A stretch of 20,000 bases of DNA. It comes from Psammoneis japonica. Lineage: Eukaryota. The stretch is from contig QPGO01000029.1 in assembly GCA_008632985.1 (NCBI GenBank), positions 174,398 through 194,397 on the forward strand. Direction: 5' to 3'. Under the pieces are notes generated by a model. That model searched no databases. It was not told the DNA's origin and saw only the letters and a list, made by a program, of their open reading frames with translations. Numbering within the stretch: the stretch's first letter is position 1; each line of letters begins with the position of its first letter. Position numbers and translations under genes: made by a program. Below, one piece after another: positions 1 to 10,029 of this stretch.

Positions 1-234
1 CTGAATTCTGGGCTGTACATTGTGGAAGGCGTACCGCTGTTGTTCCTGCAAAAGCGTTTGAATGCATCGTAGCGTGAATATTCATACCACATTACGACAC
101 TACACCGAGTGAAGGAAAACACTTTGAACCGTGTTTGAATCACTCTATGTTTATATGTAACGTTTTGTAGATAGACGAACTGCTAATAATATACTCATTA
201 AATTCAAAAATTAACTTTTTCCCTCGATTCCCCA

Positions 235-2187
235 CTACGAGTTCATCAAAAATTCAAACAAGTGATCATCGACATCGCCGGTACTCCAGAAATCATCCGG
301 ATTGGACAACGACAATGCTCGAGCCTCCTTGGATCCCGTACCACTGGCCCCTGCCGTTTGCCCTGCATATTGAGAAGCTTCCGCAGAAACAGCGGCAGCT
401 GCTGCTTCGCCCTCCATGCTCTTATTTTCCGGATGCATTTCCTTGGAATCGTCGTGAGATGATTCTTGTTGCTGTTGCTGCTCTTGTCCCATGGCATTTC
501 TGTACTTGTTGAGTTCCTGCTGCTTGAGTGCACGCATCTTGTTTTGAAATGCCATTTGATTCTGCATTTCCCGCTTCATAAAGTTGGTTTCCTCTACATT
601 GGACCTTGTAGAGGGTAGGTTCAAGTGCTGTCCCGGCGGATGCTGTGCCTTGCCCCCGTCTCCCACAATCGCAGCAGCAGCTTCATGATGTGGAGAAGAA
701 CCATCCGGAAGATGCTGCTGCGGCTGCATATCAACAGCTTGACTAGCGGGTGTAGCCCAAGTCACACCATGATCCGCACGAGTAGGAAGCGGTTGTTGCT
801 GTTGCAGATGCATATTCCCAGAAGCTGGCACTAGTGGTTGCACGGCAACGCTAGTCGCCGTAGTGTTGGTCGAGCCATTGTCCGTCACAACCGGCAAACC
901 CGTTGTTACATCCACGTGGCTTTGAGCACCAACCATATTATGGTTATAGCCACTAGCTCGGGCACGCTGTTCCATGAGTTGCTGTCGCAACGAGAAGAAC
1001 AGACCCATCAAGTAGCCCATCGAGGCACCGATGGAGGAGTGCTTTTCGGCTTCAGTGAGTTTTGGAAGCGTTACTATCGCCCCATCTGATTGACTTGGTT
1101 GTACAGAGCCTTGATTCGTTTGTTCTTGGTGAGGAGGTGGGGCGTTGTTATTCTCGGTGCTTGTATCCATCATGGTCGAGTAGGCAAGGTGAGACGCCAC
1201 CTCGCCACTCGATAAGGACTTGATGACGGCACCGTCGAGAGTTCCATTCTGAAACTTGGTCACCGATGCCTCATAAGACGACATGAATTCCTGTTTGGAC
1301 TTTTCTCTATGAATTCTGTACTTTTGTAAATGACTCTTGACTCGTTCACTAGTCACTTGTTCGTGCCGAGGCATGAATTCCAGCAGAGCCGATGGAGACG
1401 CGTGCTTGAGACCGACATCAAAAATGGCAGACACAAAGTCACGGTGAAGATCTTCGGGCCACGTGAAGCGTTTGGACCATCGTCCGTCCGACGCAGATCC
1501 CTTTTTGCGGCCCTTTCGTTCCGTCTTGTTGTTATTGTTGTTGCCATTGTCGGAGGCAGGCCGCTTTCGTGTTCTTCTGCCTCGAGAGGTTACAATCGAG
1601 TCATCTGCCGGCGCTGCCGTGATGGCTGGAGCGTTTCCGTGTTGCTGGGTAGAAGTATCTTGAGGTTGTGGGGCATGTTGGTGTTGTTGCTGTGTAGGCA
1701 TGAATTGATTGTGTTGTGGGTACGGAGGTTGCGGCATAGGCATGAGTTGAGGGGCAGCATACGAAGGAGGCTGGTGCGGTTGCTGTTGTTGTTGGTGGTG
1801 AGCCGTTGGCTGCTGTTGCTGTGTAAAGTGTGACGGAGGAGGAGGAGGCATGTTCGTCGGCGCTGCCATGGAGTGTTGGGGACCAACAGCAGGTAGCTGC
1901 GGAGTGCTACTGTGCGTCAAACTCTCGTACACCTTCATCAAATCCGGTACAAGACTTGATCCGTGTTGAGCATGGTAGAACGGCGGGTGCTGTTGCTGAG
2001 GCTGCGTTACCTGGTTTGTATTTTGTTGCGACTGAGAAGCAGCCCCGTCATGTTGCTGATTTCCTTGCTGGGAGAGCGAAGAGAGACTCTCATGTTCACT
2101 CATTGCAGAGGGACTTGTTGATCTTTCAAAAACAACCACGGTGCTGCCAATGATTTCAGGCTCACTGTTCCTCTGCCCTCCTTGCAT
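235..2187 (-). CDS. GARP/Myb-like (SHAQKYF-class, SHLQKYR variant) transcription factor with Q/P-rich disordered regions
   Basis: Uninterrupted 650-aa ORF. KRFTWPEDLHRDFVSAIFDVGLKHASPSALLEFM...SERVKSHLQKYR is a typical GARP DNA-binding domain, preceded by basic NLS-like segments (RGRRTRKRP, RKGRKK). The start could be ATG 2187 or ATG 2103 (MSEHE...). No receiver domain is visible. Confidence 0.9.
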   Translation of the reverse strand: MQGGQRNSEPEIIGSTVVVFERSTSPSAMSEHESLSSLSQQGNQQHDGAASQSQQNTNQVTQPQQQHPPFYHAQHGSSLVPDLMKVYESLTHSSTPQLPAVGPQHSMAAPTNMPPPPPSHFTQQQQPTAHHQQQQQPHQPPSYAAPQLMPMPQPPYPQHNQFMPTQQQHQHAPQPQDTSTQQHGNAPAITAAPADDSIVTSRGRRTRKRPASDNGNNNNNKTERKGRKKGSASDGRWSKRFTWPEDLHRDFVSAIFDVGLKHASPSALLEFMPRHEQVTSERVKSHLQKYRIHREKSKQEFMSSYEASVTKFQNGTLDGAVIKSLSSGEVASHLAYSTMMDTSTENNNAPPPHQEQTNQGSVQPSQSDGAIVTLPKLTEAEKHSSIGASMGYLMGLFFSLRQQLMEQRARASGYNHNMVGAQSHVDVTTGLPVVTDNGSTNTTATSVAVQPLVPASGNMHLQQQQPLPTRADHGVTWATPASQAVDMQPQQHLPDGSSPHHEAAAAIVGDGGKAQHPPGQHLNLPSTRSNVEETNFMKREMQNQMAFQNKMRALKQQELNKYRNAMGQEQQQQQESSHDDSKEMHPENKSMEGEAAAAAVSAEASQYAGQTAGASGTGSKEARALSLSNPDDFWSTGDVDDHLFEFLMNS

Positions 2188-3239
2188 TCAAGGCAAATCG
2201 AGGTGAACCCTCCCTTCGCCCAAAAGCTAAGCTAAGGATATAGCATAAGACGTGCAAGTTGGTGAGCGATAAGAGTGATGACACGATGCCATATGAGACA
2301 AGATTCAAAGCACACATCATCGTGACGAAAAAGCACAACAAAAAATGATCCTCGCTCTCGGAGGGAGTTTTCGCAGGCTTCGTTTAGTGCGAACCCCGAT
2401 GAGAAGCCGAAAATACACAACACATCATGGCGTTCTTTCGACGTTGATGAAGGCACGTCGACCCGAGAAAACATCAGTCAAGTCATCTGGCACCATGGAA
2501 AGGCCGCATCAGCAAGAGATGACAGTTGCCCAAGCAAAAAGGCCGCTTTGCATCACAGAGTCCCTAGCTAGCACGTTTTCCACGACCACAGAAACAGCAT
2601 CCTCCCTACGAATCACACCTTACACTGTAACTTGCCTTAATGCCAGAGGATGAAGAAAAACTTACGATTGGCTTTCTCGGAACACTCAAGTCAATGCCAA
2701 CGGCAACGTATGATGATGGCCTCTCAACCGAGAAAGGCGAGGCAACAGCGACGACGACGACAACAGCAGATTCCGGATCTCGTGGGAGATTCATGAAATT
2801 TCAGATTCACCGCAGATTCGTCTGTCCGCACCAAAATTCCAAAAAAGCAAAGCACGAGACAACATCTATCCGGGCTTTCTTTTCCCAGTCCGTCCGGCCA
2901 TCAGAACTTCCCTCCGACACACAACACGACGACAACCACAGGACCAACCGGCAAACCGCCTTCTGGGGGACGTCTTCGGAAGTGAGACTGTCGAAGAAAG
3001 TTACGTAGAATTTGTACTAAAACAGTCTGTCAATCAGTGCGATTTGGTATTTGGGACCTCTGGACAGATCCTACGTGTTTTCTTGCGCGTACAAAATGTA
3101 CTGGGAAAACCCCCAAACGCACTGGCGATCAGACCGCCTTCGACGATCTCACTTCCAAAGACGCCCCCCACTTCGTCGTCTCACCATAAAGCTCAAAGCA
3201 CAGCCATCACATCGATCTGATCACGTGATCGCCGCAACC

Positions 3240-5637
3240 ATGGAGGAAGGCACCTATGATGAAGGCGCCTCTGACTACAACCGTCCTCGTCGTCCAAACA
3301 CGGATACAATTTCCTATTTACGGTCGTTGCCTCTCGATATACAAGCCTCGTCGGATGAAATTTCAAAATTTCTATTGAACAAGGATGAAGAATTTCCGCA
3401 GAGTTTGTCGGCCGCCATGTCTGCCATTGATGAAGTTCGAAATGAAGTTGCTTCGTTGGCAGGAGATGAGTATGGATCCCAGTGTATTGAAATCTTGACC
3501 CGAATCGCCGCACCCTACTCCGAGATTGCCGCAAGAACACTCCTGTTGGGTCTCGCGGGATACCATGTTCACCTTGCGACACACCGGTACGGTTCTCACG
3601 TGGTTCAGACCGTGTTGCAGCTTGCCGTGTCTCCCGCGATTGAGAAGGACTTGGGCAAACATGACGACAGTCCGCAAATTTCAGGACAAGAAGAACTGCC
3701 GTCGCTCTCTGATTTGATTCTCGGTGTCGTACAAGAACTCTCGCCGTTCGCCTCGCAGCTGGCCGTTCATGTGTGCGGCTCTCACGTCTTGAGAACGCTG
3801 CTGTGTGTTTTGGGAGGAGTCGAACTGATTCCATCTCCTGGAAAAAAGCAAAGTAACGAACACTCGATATTTACGGAAAGCGGTGCTCTTCGTCGGGGAA
3901 AGCCAAAAAGCAAAAAGAAGAAAAAGAAAAAGCCGGATGGCACCGACCATGCTACACAACACGCTGGAATGATGCACATGGTGTACCTTTCCAAGTCACG
4001 AGTCGACAAGTCATTTCAAAAGGAGTTTGCTCGAGCGCTTGAATCTCTAACAGAAGCATTGTCGGGCTGTCAAACGGAAGGTCCAGGCGAACTACAGCAA
4101 ATGGCGTGTCATTCTAGTGCTGGGCCACTGTTAATTGTTTTGCTGCGAGTGCTAACGTACTCATCGCATCCCCCAGAGAACACTGAAACCAAGCAGCAAG
4201 ACGATGAAAGTCGTGCGATTGCGGATTTTCGTCTTGGAATTCTCAAGCCAGAACCCACCTTTGAATTGAATTCGCCAGCTCATCGGTTGGCGGAACGCAT
4301 CTTGTGCTTGCAGCCGACAGCGGCAGCCGCAAACCAAAAGTATGCCGGCGACGTAATTTTTGGTCTTTCGGGAGAACCTCGTGGCTCTCACGTCTTGGAA
4401 ACGCTACTGCGCACAAGTCTCAATGAAGTGTACGGTTGCATATTGGAATGTGGCGACTTTGCAAACCCAACCACGCTGCAAGACTACGTCGTGCACGACG
4501 TGAGCAATTTTGTCATTCAAACCGTATTGAATACTCTTCGGACCAAGGAACAGGCGGAAGCCATGTTGAAGAGCTTGGACCGTTCCATGAGTAGTGGTTA
4601 CGTGTTGGATCCAACGAACAAACGGAGGGCAGTCTTGTGGAGAGCGACTGAGTTGGCGGCTAAATACCGTGTTGGCCAAGATGCTCTACTCAAGGCTGTC
4701 CGATTGGGCTTTGCCGCTCTAGCAGAAAAGAGCAATGCCGGAGACGAATCAAGTAGAGACAAGCCGTCAGAGGAAGGCGAAGAAGAAGGAAAGAAGAAGA
4801 AAAAGAGGCGACGAAAAGCATCAACCATGCCAGTTCAGGAATGTGTGAAGAAGCTTCTTGATATTAAGCCGCCAGAAAACGGTCGGGTCGTTATTGATGT
4901 GGCGGGTGCGCGGACGATTTACAATTTACTGAATTTTCCTCCTCGATTGTGTGGAGATGTGCTTGACGGTATTGTTGTAAGCTTGTCCGAAGATGAGTTG
5001 GAATGGATCATTAAAGATGGGCTTGGTAGTCGATGGTACGTTTTGTTCTCTGTGCTGTCACTTTCAGCTTGATTTGATTCTCTGGCTGACGAATTCCGTT
5101 TGTTTCTTCATTATGATTTTACAGCATAATGGATGGTATTCTAGAGAATAGCAATAAAAACGATGAAGTCTTTGTAAAGGCCGTCACGGACATTGTCAAG
5201 AAACTGAACGGGCGTTGGGTTGGACTTGCCGTGGATCGCGTCGGACATCACACGGTGAAGAAAGTATTTTGGGCCCTTTCCGACATGGACGATAGGGCTG
5301 TCATGGCGGTGGAGCTTGCACAGAGTATGAATCGACTGAGTGGAAATGCCATGGGACGTACTGTGATTGACGAATGCTGCTTGAAGGAATTCAATCAAGG
5401 AGAAAAGGCGTGGAAGGATGCTGTCAACAAGAAGCTAGAAAGGAGGCATGGTTAGCAGAGCTTGGAGACAACAGCAAAGAGAAGCATACCGGCAAGAAGA
5501 AACGCAAGCGCAAGAGACACAAATCAGGGGGTACCAACGAGGCAGAGCTTGATGACGGGGGAGAGGCTAGTGGTGCCGCAAAGCAACAAAAGCACTCCGT
5601 CGTTGAATCCATCATGAATGTCATGTCAGTCAAATAA
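3240..5637 (+). CDS. NOP9: Nucleolar protein 9 (Pumilio-repeat 18S rRNA processing factor); exons 3240-5035 and 5125-5637, with an apparent 1-nt deletion near 5440
   Basis: Pumilio-like motifs DEYGSQCIE, HRYGSHVVQT, HVCGSHVLRTLL, PRGSHVLE, DVSNFVIQ, GLGSRC-IMD (across the intron) and RVGHHTVK, plus Lys-rich nucleolar-type tracts. ATG at 3240 in ACCATGG context. Restoring one A in GAAAGGAG near 5440 gives KKLEKEAWLAEL and reaches the stop at 5635-5637. Confidence 0.88.
5036..5124 (+). other. Spliceosomal intron of NOP9 (89 nt)
   Basis: GTACGT donor, CTGAC branch-like motif and T-rich tract ending TTTACAG. Splicing joins TG+C to give DGLGSRCIMDGIL in frame. Confidence 0.85.
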
Positions 5638-5812
5638 AGATCTCTTTTTAATTCTTTTTTTTTTTTATTCAGCGTTTTATAATAGTACTGGCAGTATTGC
5701 GCCTGTTCCTTTTCGGACTTGCTTGCAGCCTGTGGCTTTGCAAGGAAAGCGGCGCACTTTCTTCGCATTTAACTCGCCCTCGCTGCCAACACTATTTTTC
5801 ACCAACATGCGT

Positions 5813-7276
5813 CTACGGGATCTGATACACAAGCTCAATCGGGGTACTCTTCATTAGCACTGACCATCTCCGTCTTCTTCGGACTTTCTTCTTGACATGG
5901 CATACTTAATTCGGCAGTTGTACAATCGAGAGTTCTCCTTTGTACGAGTCATTTCGAGTCCACCCGTCAGCCTTGTCGATTGCCCCCTTATCAGAGGAAT
6001 GCTGGAAAGGAAATGGAAGGTTTGTTGTCCCCAATGCGTGTACCCGTTTTCTGGTCCAGTACTAAGAAAGGTGGGACTAGGAAGCTTTGGTGCGTCGCTC
6101 CCATTTTCGTCTGTTCGAGACTTAAAGTCTGCGTAAACCACCCCGCAAAGCCACTCACAAAGCCAGTAATCTCGCTTCCGTCGATTAAGAAATCAAAGTC
6201 ACTATATTCGGCGTCCTTTGCGATCCCTCGAGAATCTTCGATGGTGCAAGTCATCATGTCAAGAAACTTGACTGCACTAGGTTCATCGAGAACTGCTTCT
6301 GGTGATAGCTCGGACCATCGGCTCGATAAGAGATAGTACTCTTTCTGTTCCCGTTCAAAATCAGGTTCCAAAACACTCATATCTACGCCGTACACCGCCT
6401 TAGTTGATTCTGCAAACTCGTGCCAATCAGCCATGGCATTGGAATACTCTGTATTTGAGGCCTTGCGTTCTTCCTCGTCCTGGATTGGAGCAAAATACAT
6501 GGTGGTGTGCGAGGGAAACATGAGACCTGTCCTTTTCTTGAGAAACTTGTCTCGCGCACGGACGAGCGAGTCAAGCATACTCTCGCGAAGTAGAAAGTAT
6601 CCCATCCATTCCGAAATGATAATGTCGACAACCAAATTGGTCCCTTCTTTTTCAGCCTCGAGAGAATCCTCTTCAATCGGCAATTCAATGTCCTCCACAG
6701 CTCCCTGAATCACAGTAACAACATCCTCCACACCGTTGGCCTTCATGACACTTTCAGCATGCTTGGCCATGTCCGTGTATTCAACTATAAAGAAGCGAAC
6801 CGTTCGTAGGTAATGTATTTAGCGGATAAAATTCTCTAAGTTTCCCATACTTCAACAACAAAACATGGACTTACCAGCATAAACACGTCGAGCTCCTGCT
6901 TGAGCTGCCCACACGGCAAGGATACCAGACCCGTTCCAACGTCCATGACAACCTTGTCTTTGAAAACAGCAGAATTTCCCAAAATGGCGGAATGATAAGC
7001 TGCCATGCGATTATGATCGGTAAGCATTTGCTTTTGATGATAGAGCTGTGCATACGAACAGAAATAATTGGCAAAGTCGGTCGCTTTTGCCTGTTCACTT
7101 CCGTTGAAGGATGGGATTTCTCCCGTTTCCGAGGCATTGACAAATTGATGATCCGTCATGGCGAGTTTTGTAGTGCAATGCCGCAAGCGAGAAGAACAAG
7201 TCGGAATAATAGTAAAGGCGGATACAGTGTTACTGAGCCACGTGAATGCCAACAACACCAACACAAGGCAGCACAT
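5813..7276 (-). CDS. PRMT10: Type I protein arginine N-methyltransferase, PRMT10-like, with an N-terminal signal peptide plus transit-like extension; exons 7276-6875 and 6784-5813, with apparent 1-nt deletions near 6931, 6132 and 5862
   Basis: DFANYFCSYAQLYHQKQML, motif I (VMDVGTGSGILAVWAAQAGA after restoring one G), post-I VYAVEYTDMAKHA, double-E loop VDIIISEWMGYFLLRESMLDS, GFAGWF and the THW loop THWGQQ. The DFANYFC/LYHQK/LLRESM/DWHEF signature matches plant PRMT10 as I recall it. The corrected C-terminus reads ...MKSTPIELVYQIP*. Confidence 0.88.
6785..6874 (-). other. Spliceosomal intron of PRMT10 (90 nt)
   Basis: Minus-strand GTAAGT donor and TTATAG acceptor. Splicing restores RVYAVEYTDMAKH. 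Confidence 0.85.
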
Positions 7277-8135
7277 GCATCAACAACAAATTCTCAACGG
7301 ATTGTGAGAATCTTTCATCGGCATCAAAGCAGAAAGCAGACGCTTTGTGTGGTGGAACGCTGTCAACGGTCGAGGGGCGGACGATTCGGAAGAGTCCCGC
7401 CGCCGCGCCGCCCTTTCATTCGTGCGAGAAGCAAAACGCGACCCCGTTCAATGCTCTGGGACGACAATGGTCCAAGGCCTACCGGTGTTCGCTAAGTTTT
7501 CGCAAGAGGTCAACCACCAAGGTGTGAAAACAAATCTCACCCAAGAAAAACCCAGTGCGTGGTCGGATTCCGCGAGTTGATGGTCCCGCGTGATTGCGAA
7601 TGAAAATCAACACACAATGCACGGAAATTTCATTGGGACAGAATGAACGAGACCATTTGATTGGTGAAAACACCGTGTCGAAACAAAAAGGTGAGTCAGA
7701 GGGTGCGGACCCTTTTTTGGTTTTCTGAGCTGTCCCGCGCAAGCTAAAGAGACAAAGTGAGCTAAACCAACGGTTATGTTCAATGCAATGGGCTTGCAGA
7801 AGGACGGGGCAGGAATTATTCATACGACACGAGTACATACGGTACTCCCTTTGGCAACGACAAGGATAGACAGTGCCACTATTCTCTATTCTAGTAGAAA
7901 GGTTCATGCAACAAGGGACGTACGCGTATGCATCTCTCATATCATTGACCCGTCACAGAGAAAAGTGAAACAAATCCAACAATGGGACGAGCAACTCAAT
8001 GCGCTTTGAAAAACACGCCACGAGTAGTCTCTAGAAAGAACAGATATAAAGAAGGCAAGAGTTTTCATGATCAATCGGTGTATTCCTACAATCGTTTAGA
8101 AGAACCATAAATCTCACATTGGCACAATCGATTCT

Positions 8136-9681
8136 CTAAATCATCATGGTCCGTAGTGCCCGCTCCGTTCAAACAACGACGTAACCACATTGTCCATGTT
8201 GGCAATCACCTTGAGTCCCTTTTCCATGGCCATGTCCTTTTCCGCTTCTTCATAGACGACAAGCTGTCCCTTGCCTTGATCCAGAATGCCATGAAACTTT
8301 TCATCCAAAATCATTTGCGACAACTTCTTTTCCACCACGGGCAGTGGCATTTCAATGAGTTGAGCAATGTGCGAAATTTCCACACAAGAATAGGGTTCAA
8401 TGATGCGAATCAAGTTGCTTTCGAGCAATTGATTGTGCAAAATGTGCAAATGATGCGAAATGAGCAAGTCATCCTGCAATTCCGTCGGGTACTTCTGAAT
8501 AACGGCTTCAAACTCTTTCAGAGAGCGGCTCGAGGCAGCCTTGGCAATGGCAGACATGGCTTCAATGTTGGGTCCCGCGTACTTGACGCCCTGTCGTCCC
8601 GAAATCATGCCGGATATATCCACCTCGGCGCGGTCCGATTTCACACCTGCGAGTGAAAAAGAAGTTACGAAAGCGTTTGGTGAGAATGATGGTACAACAA
8701 ACAACAGCAATCAACACATCATCCATAAAATCATTTCCAATAGTAACTCACCCACTCCACCCTTGGCACTGAGTTTAAGTGCACGCTTGAGACTATCCAA
8801 AATCCGACAAAGCATCATGTACTTGAGACAGGGCACAGCTTGCACTTCATCATTCATTTGATCCAACTGTTCAAAAGCTTCCAAAAAGTACGAATGCGCC
8901 GTATCAAATCGCCTCTTCGCAATGGAGCACACCCGACATTTTATCAATGGACGCTTGCAACCCCGGTGCGACGTAAATGGCATTGGCATTGGTCCGGCTT
9001 GCCGTTAATGCCGCCTTGGATTTGGCAACGTTGCGCAATCCAAAATGAATCTTGCTTTCCAAGAGATGCGTTTCCACCAAGAGTTGCTTATCATCCAATT
9101 TCTTAAGTTCCAACAAGAGCTCATCCACCAACGCTAACGCGGGTCCGTACTTTTCTTGTTCAAACAAGACGTGCGCCAATTTGGCTTGAACGCGTTGACG
9201 CAAAAAGGTACGTTTTTCGCGTTGTGTCCACGCAATGATGGAATTGCAAATTTCTTGTTGCATTTCGAGTTCGGACGGTGCCACGCTACAAACAATGTCC
9301 AGGACTTGACGTACCACCTTGGCGCATTTTGCCTTGGTTACTGTATCAAAAAAGGACCGACACACGTCGCCCGTGAGCAATTGCACCACGTCTTGATAGG
9401 ACTTTGTTTCACAATAGGCGCGTGTCAAGGCATAGACGGAACGTTCTTTGAGAGAGGTTGCTTTGGATCCGTAGCGTTCTTGGGGATCGATAGAATCTTG
9501 GTCAAGAGGGGGATACGCTCTGCTGCTGACGACGCTTCTTCAGAGGATTCAAAGAGCTCCACCAGATCCGAGATGTCTTCCTCTTCGTCATCGTCTTCGA
9601 CAACACTTTCCACGACCGGTTTGGGCTCTTCTGGAGCGGATCCACATCCATGGCTTCTGCTCCTCCTTCTTCTTGTGACAT
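8136..9681 (-). CDS. RPN6: 26S proteasome regulatory lid subunit RPN6/PSMD11 (PCI domain); exons 9681-8752 and 8646-8136, with apparent frameshifts near 9638, 9462, 8910 and 8161
   Basis: Hallmarks KAKCAKVVR, EKRTFLRQR, ELKKLDDKQLLVETHLLESK, KSKAALTASRTNANAIY, TAHSYFLEAFE, LKYMMLC, LLESNLIRIIEPYSCVEISHIA and VEKKLSQMILDEKFHGILDQG are spread over four to five ORF fragments in collinear order. Confidence 0.93.
8647..8751 (-). other. Spliceosomal intron of RPN6 (105 nt)
   Basis: Minus-strand GTGAGT donor and pyrimidine tract ending CTCGCAG. Splicing gives KGGVGVKSDRAE in frame. Confidence 0.85.
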
Positions 9682-10029
9682 GTTGTTGTCCAGTGTATAG
9701 GGTGTTTGTTCAAAGCTACTCGCTGTTGTTGCAGCGTCAATGTTCAAGGTGCCGTCGTTGCATTGCGATGTGAAAAGAATGCCGGCGAAAAAGTCGGCGT
9801 CTGTCTGTCACGCAGCCAACGTTAGATGTCTGTCACACCGCGCGCGCGCGCACAACATCGCGATCCACGCCTGCACGTCACCCGTTGCGCGCCAATTCGT
9901 CGGAGGACGGTGCGACGGCCGCATTTTCCTCAAAAAGATTCACACCATGGCGGCCGCAGCGTCGTTGTTTGTTGTTTGTCTCTAACTTGCCCGCCAAAAA
10001 CAATCTCTATCAATATAGTTTCTTTTAAA
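9682..10029. promoter_or_regulatory. Compact divergent promoter (RPN6 / Tudor-MBD-like gene) with three E2F-consensus-like sites and a (CG)6 tract
   Basis: The head-to-head start codons are 348 nt apart. WTTSSCSS matches on the minus strand lie at 9783-9790 (TTTCGCCG), 9889-9896 (ATTGGCGC) and 9991-9998 (TTTGGCGG). CGCGCGCGCGCGC lies at 9839-9851. Confidence 0.55.

Noticed and set aside
2345..3008. Plus-strand ORFs of 102 and 122 aa between the GARP factor and NOP9
   Set aside because: No recognisable motifs. The composition is explained by the antisense of a pyrimidine-rich leader or promoter.
7479..8009. ORFs of 153 aa (-) and 77 aa (+) between PRMT10 and RPN6
   Set aside because: Composition is not protein-like and there are no motifs or splice support; likely UTR and promoter sequence.
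5813..9681. PRMT10 and RPN6 as pseudogenes or programmed-frameshift genes
   Set aside because: Catalytic and structural motifs and splice sites are intact, there is no shared slippery motif, and the lesions are short-run deletions typical of sequencing error.
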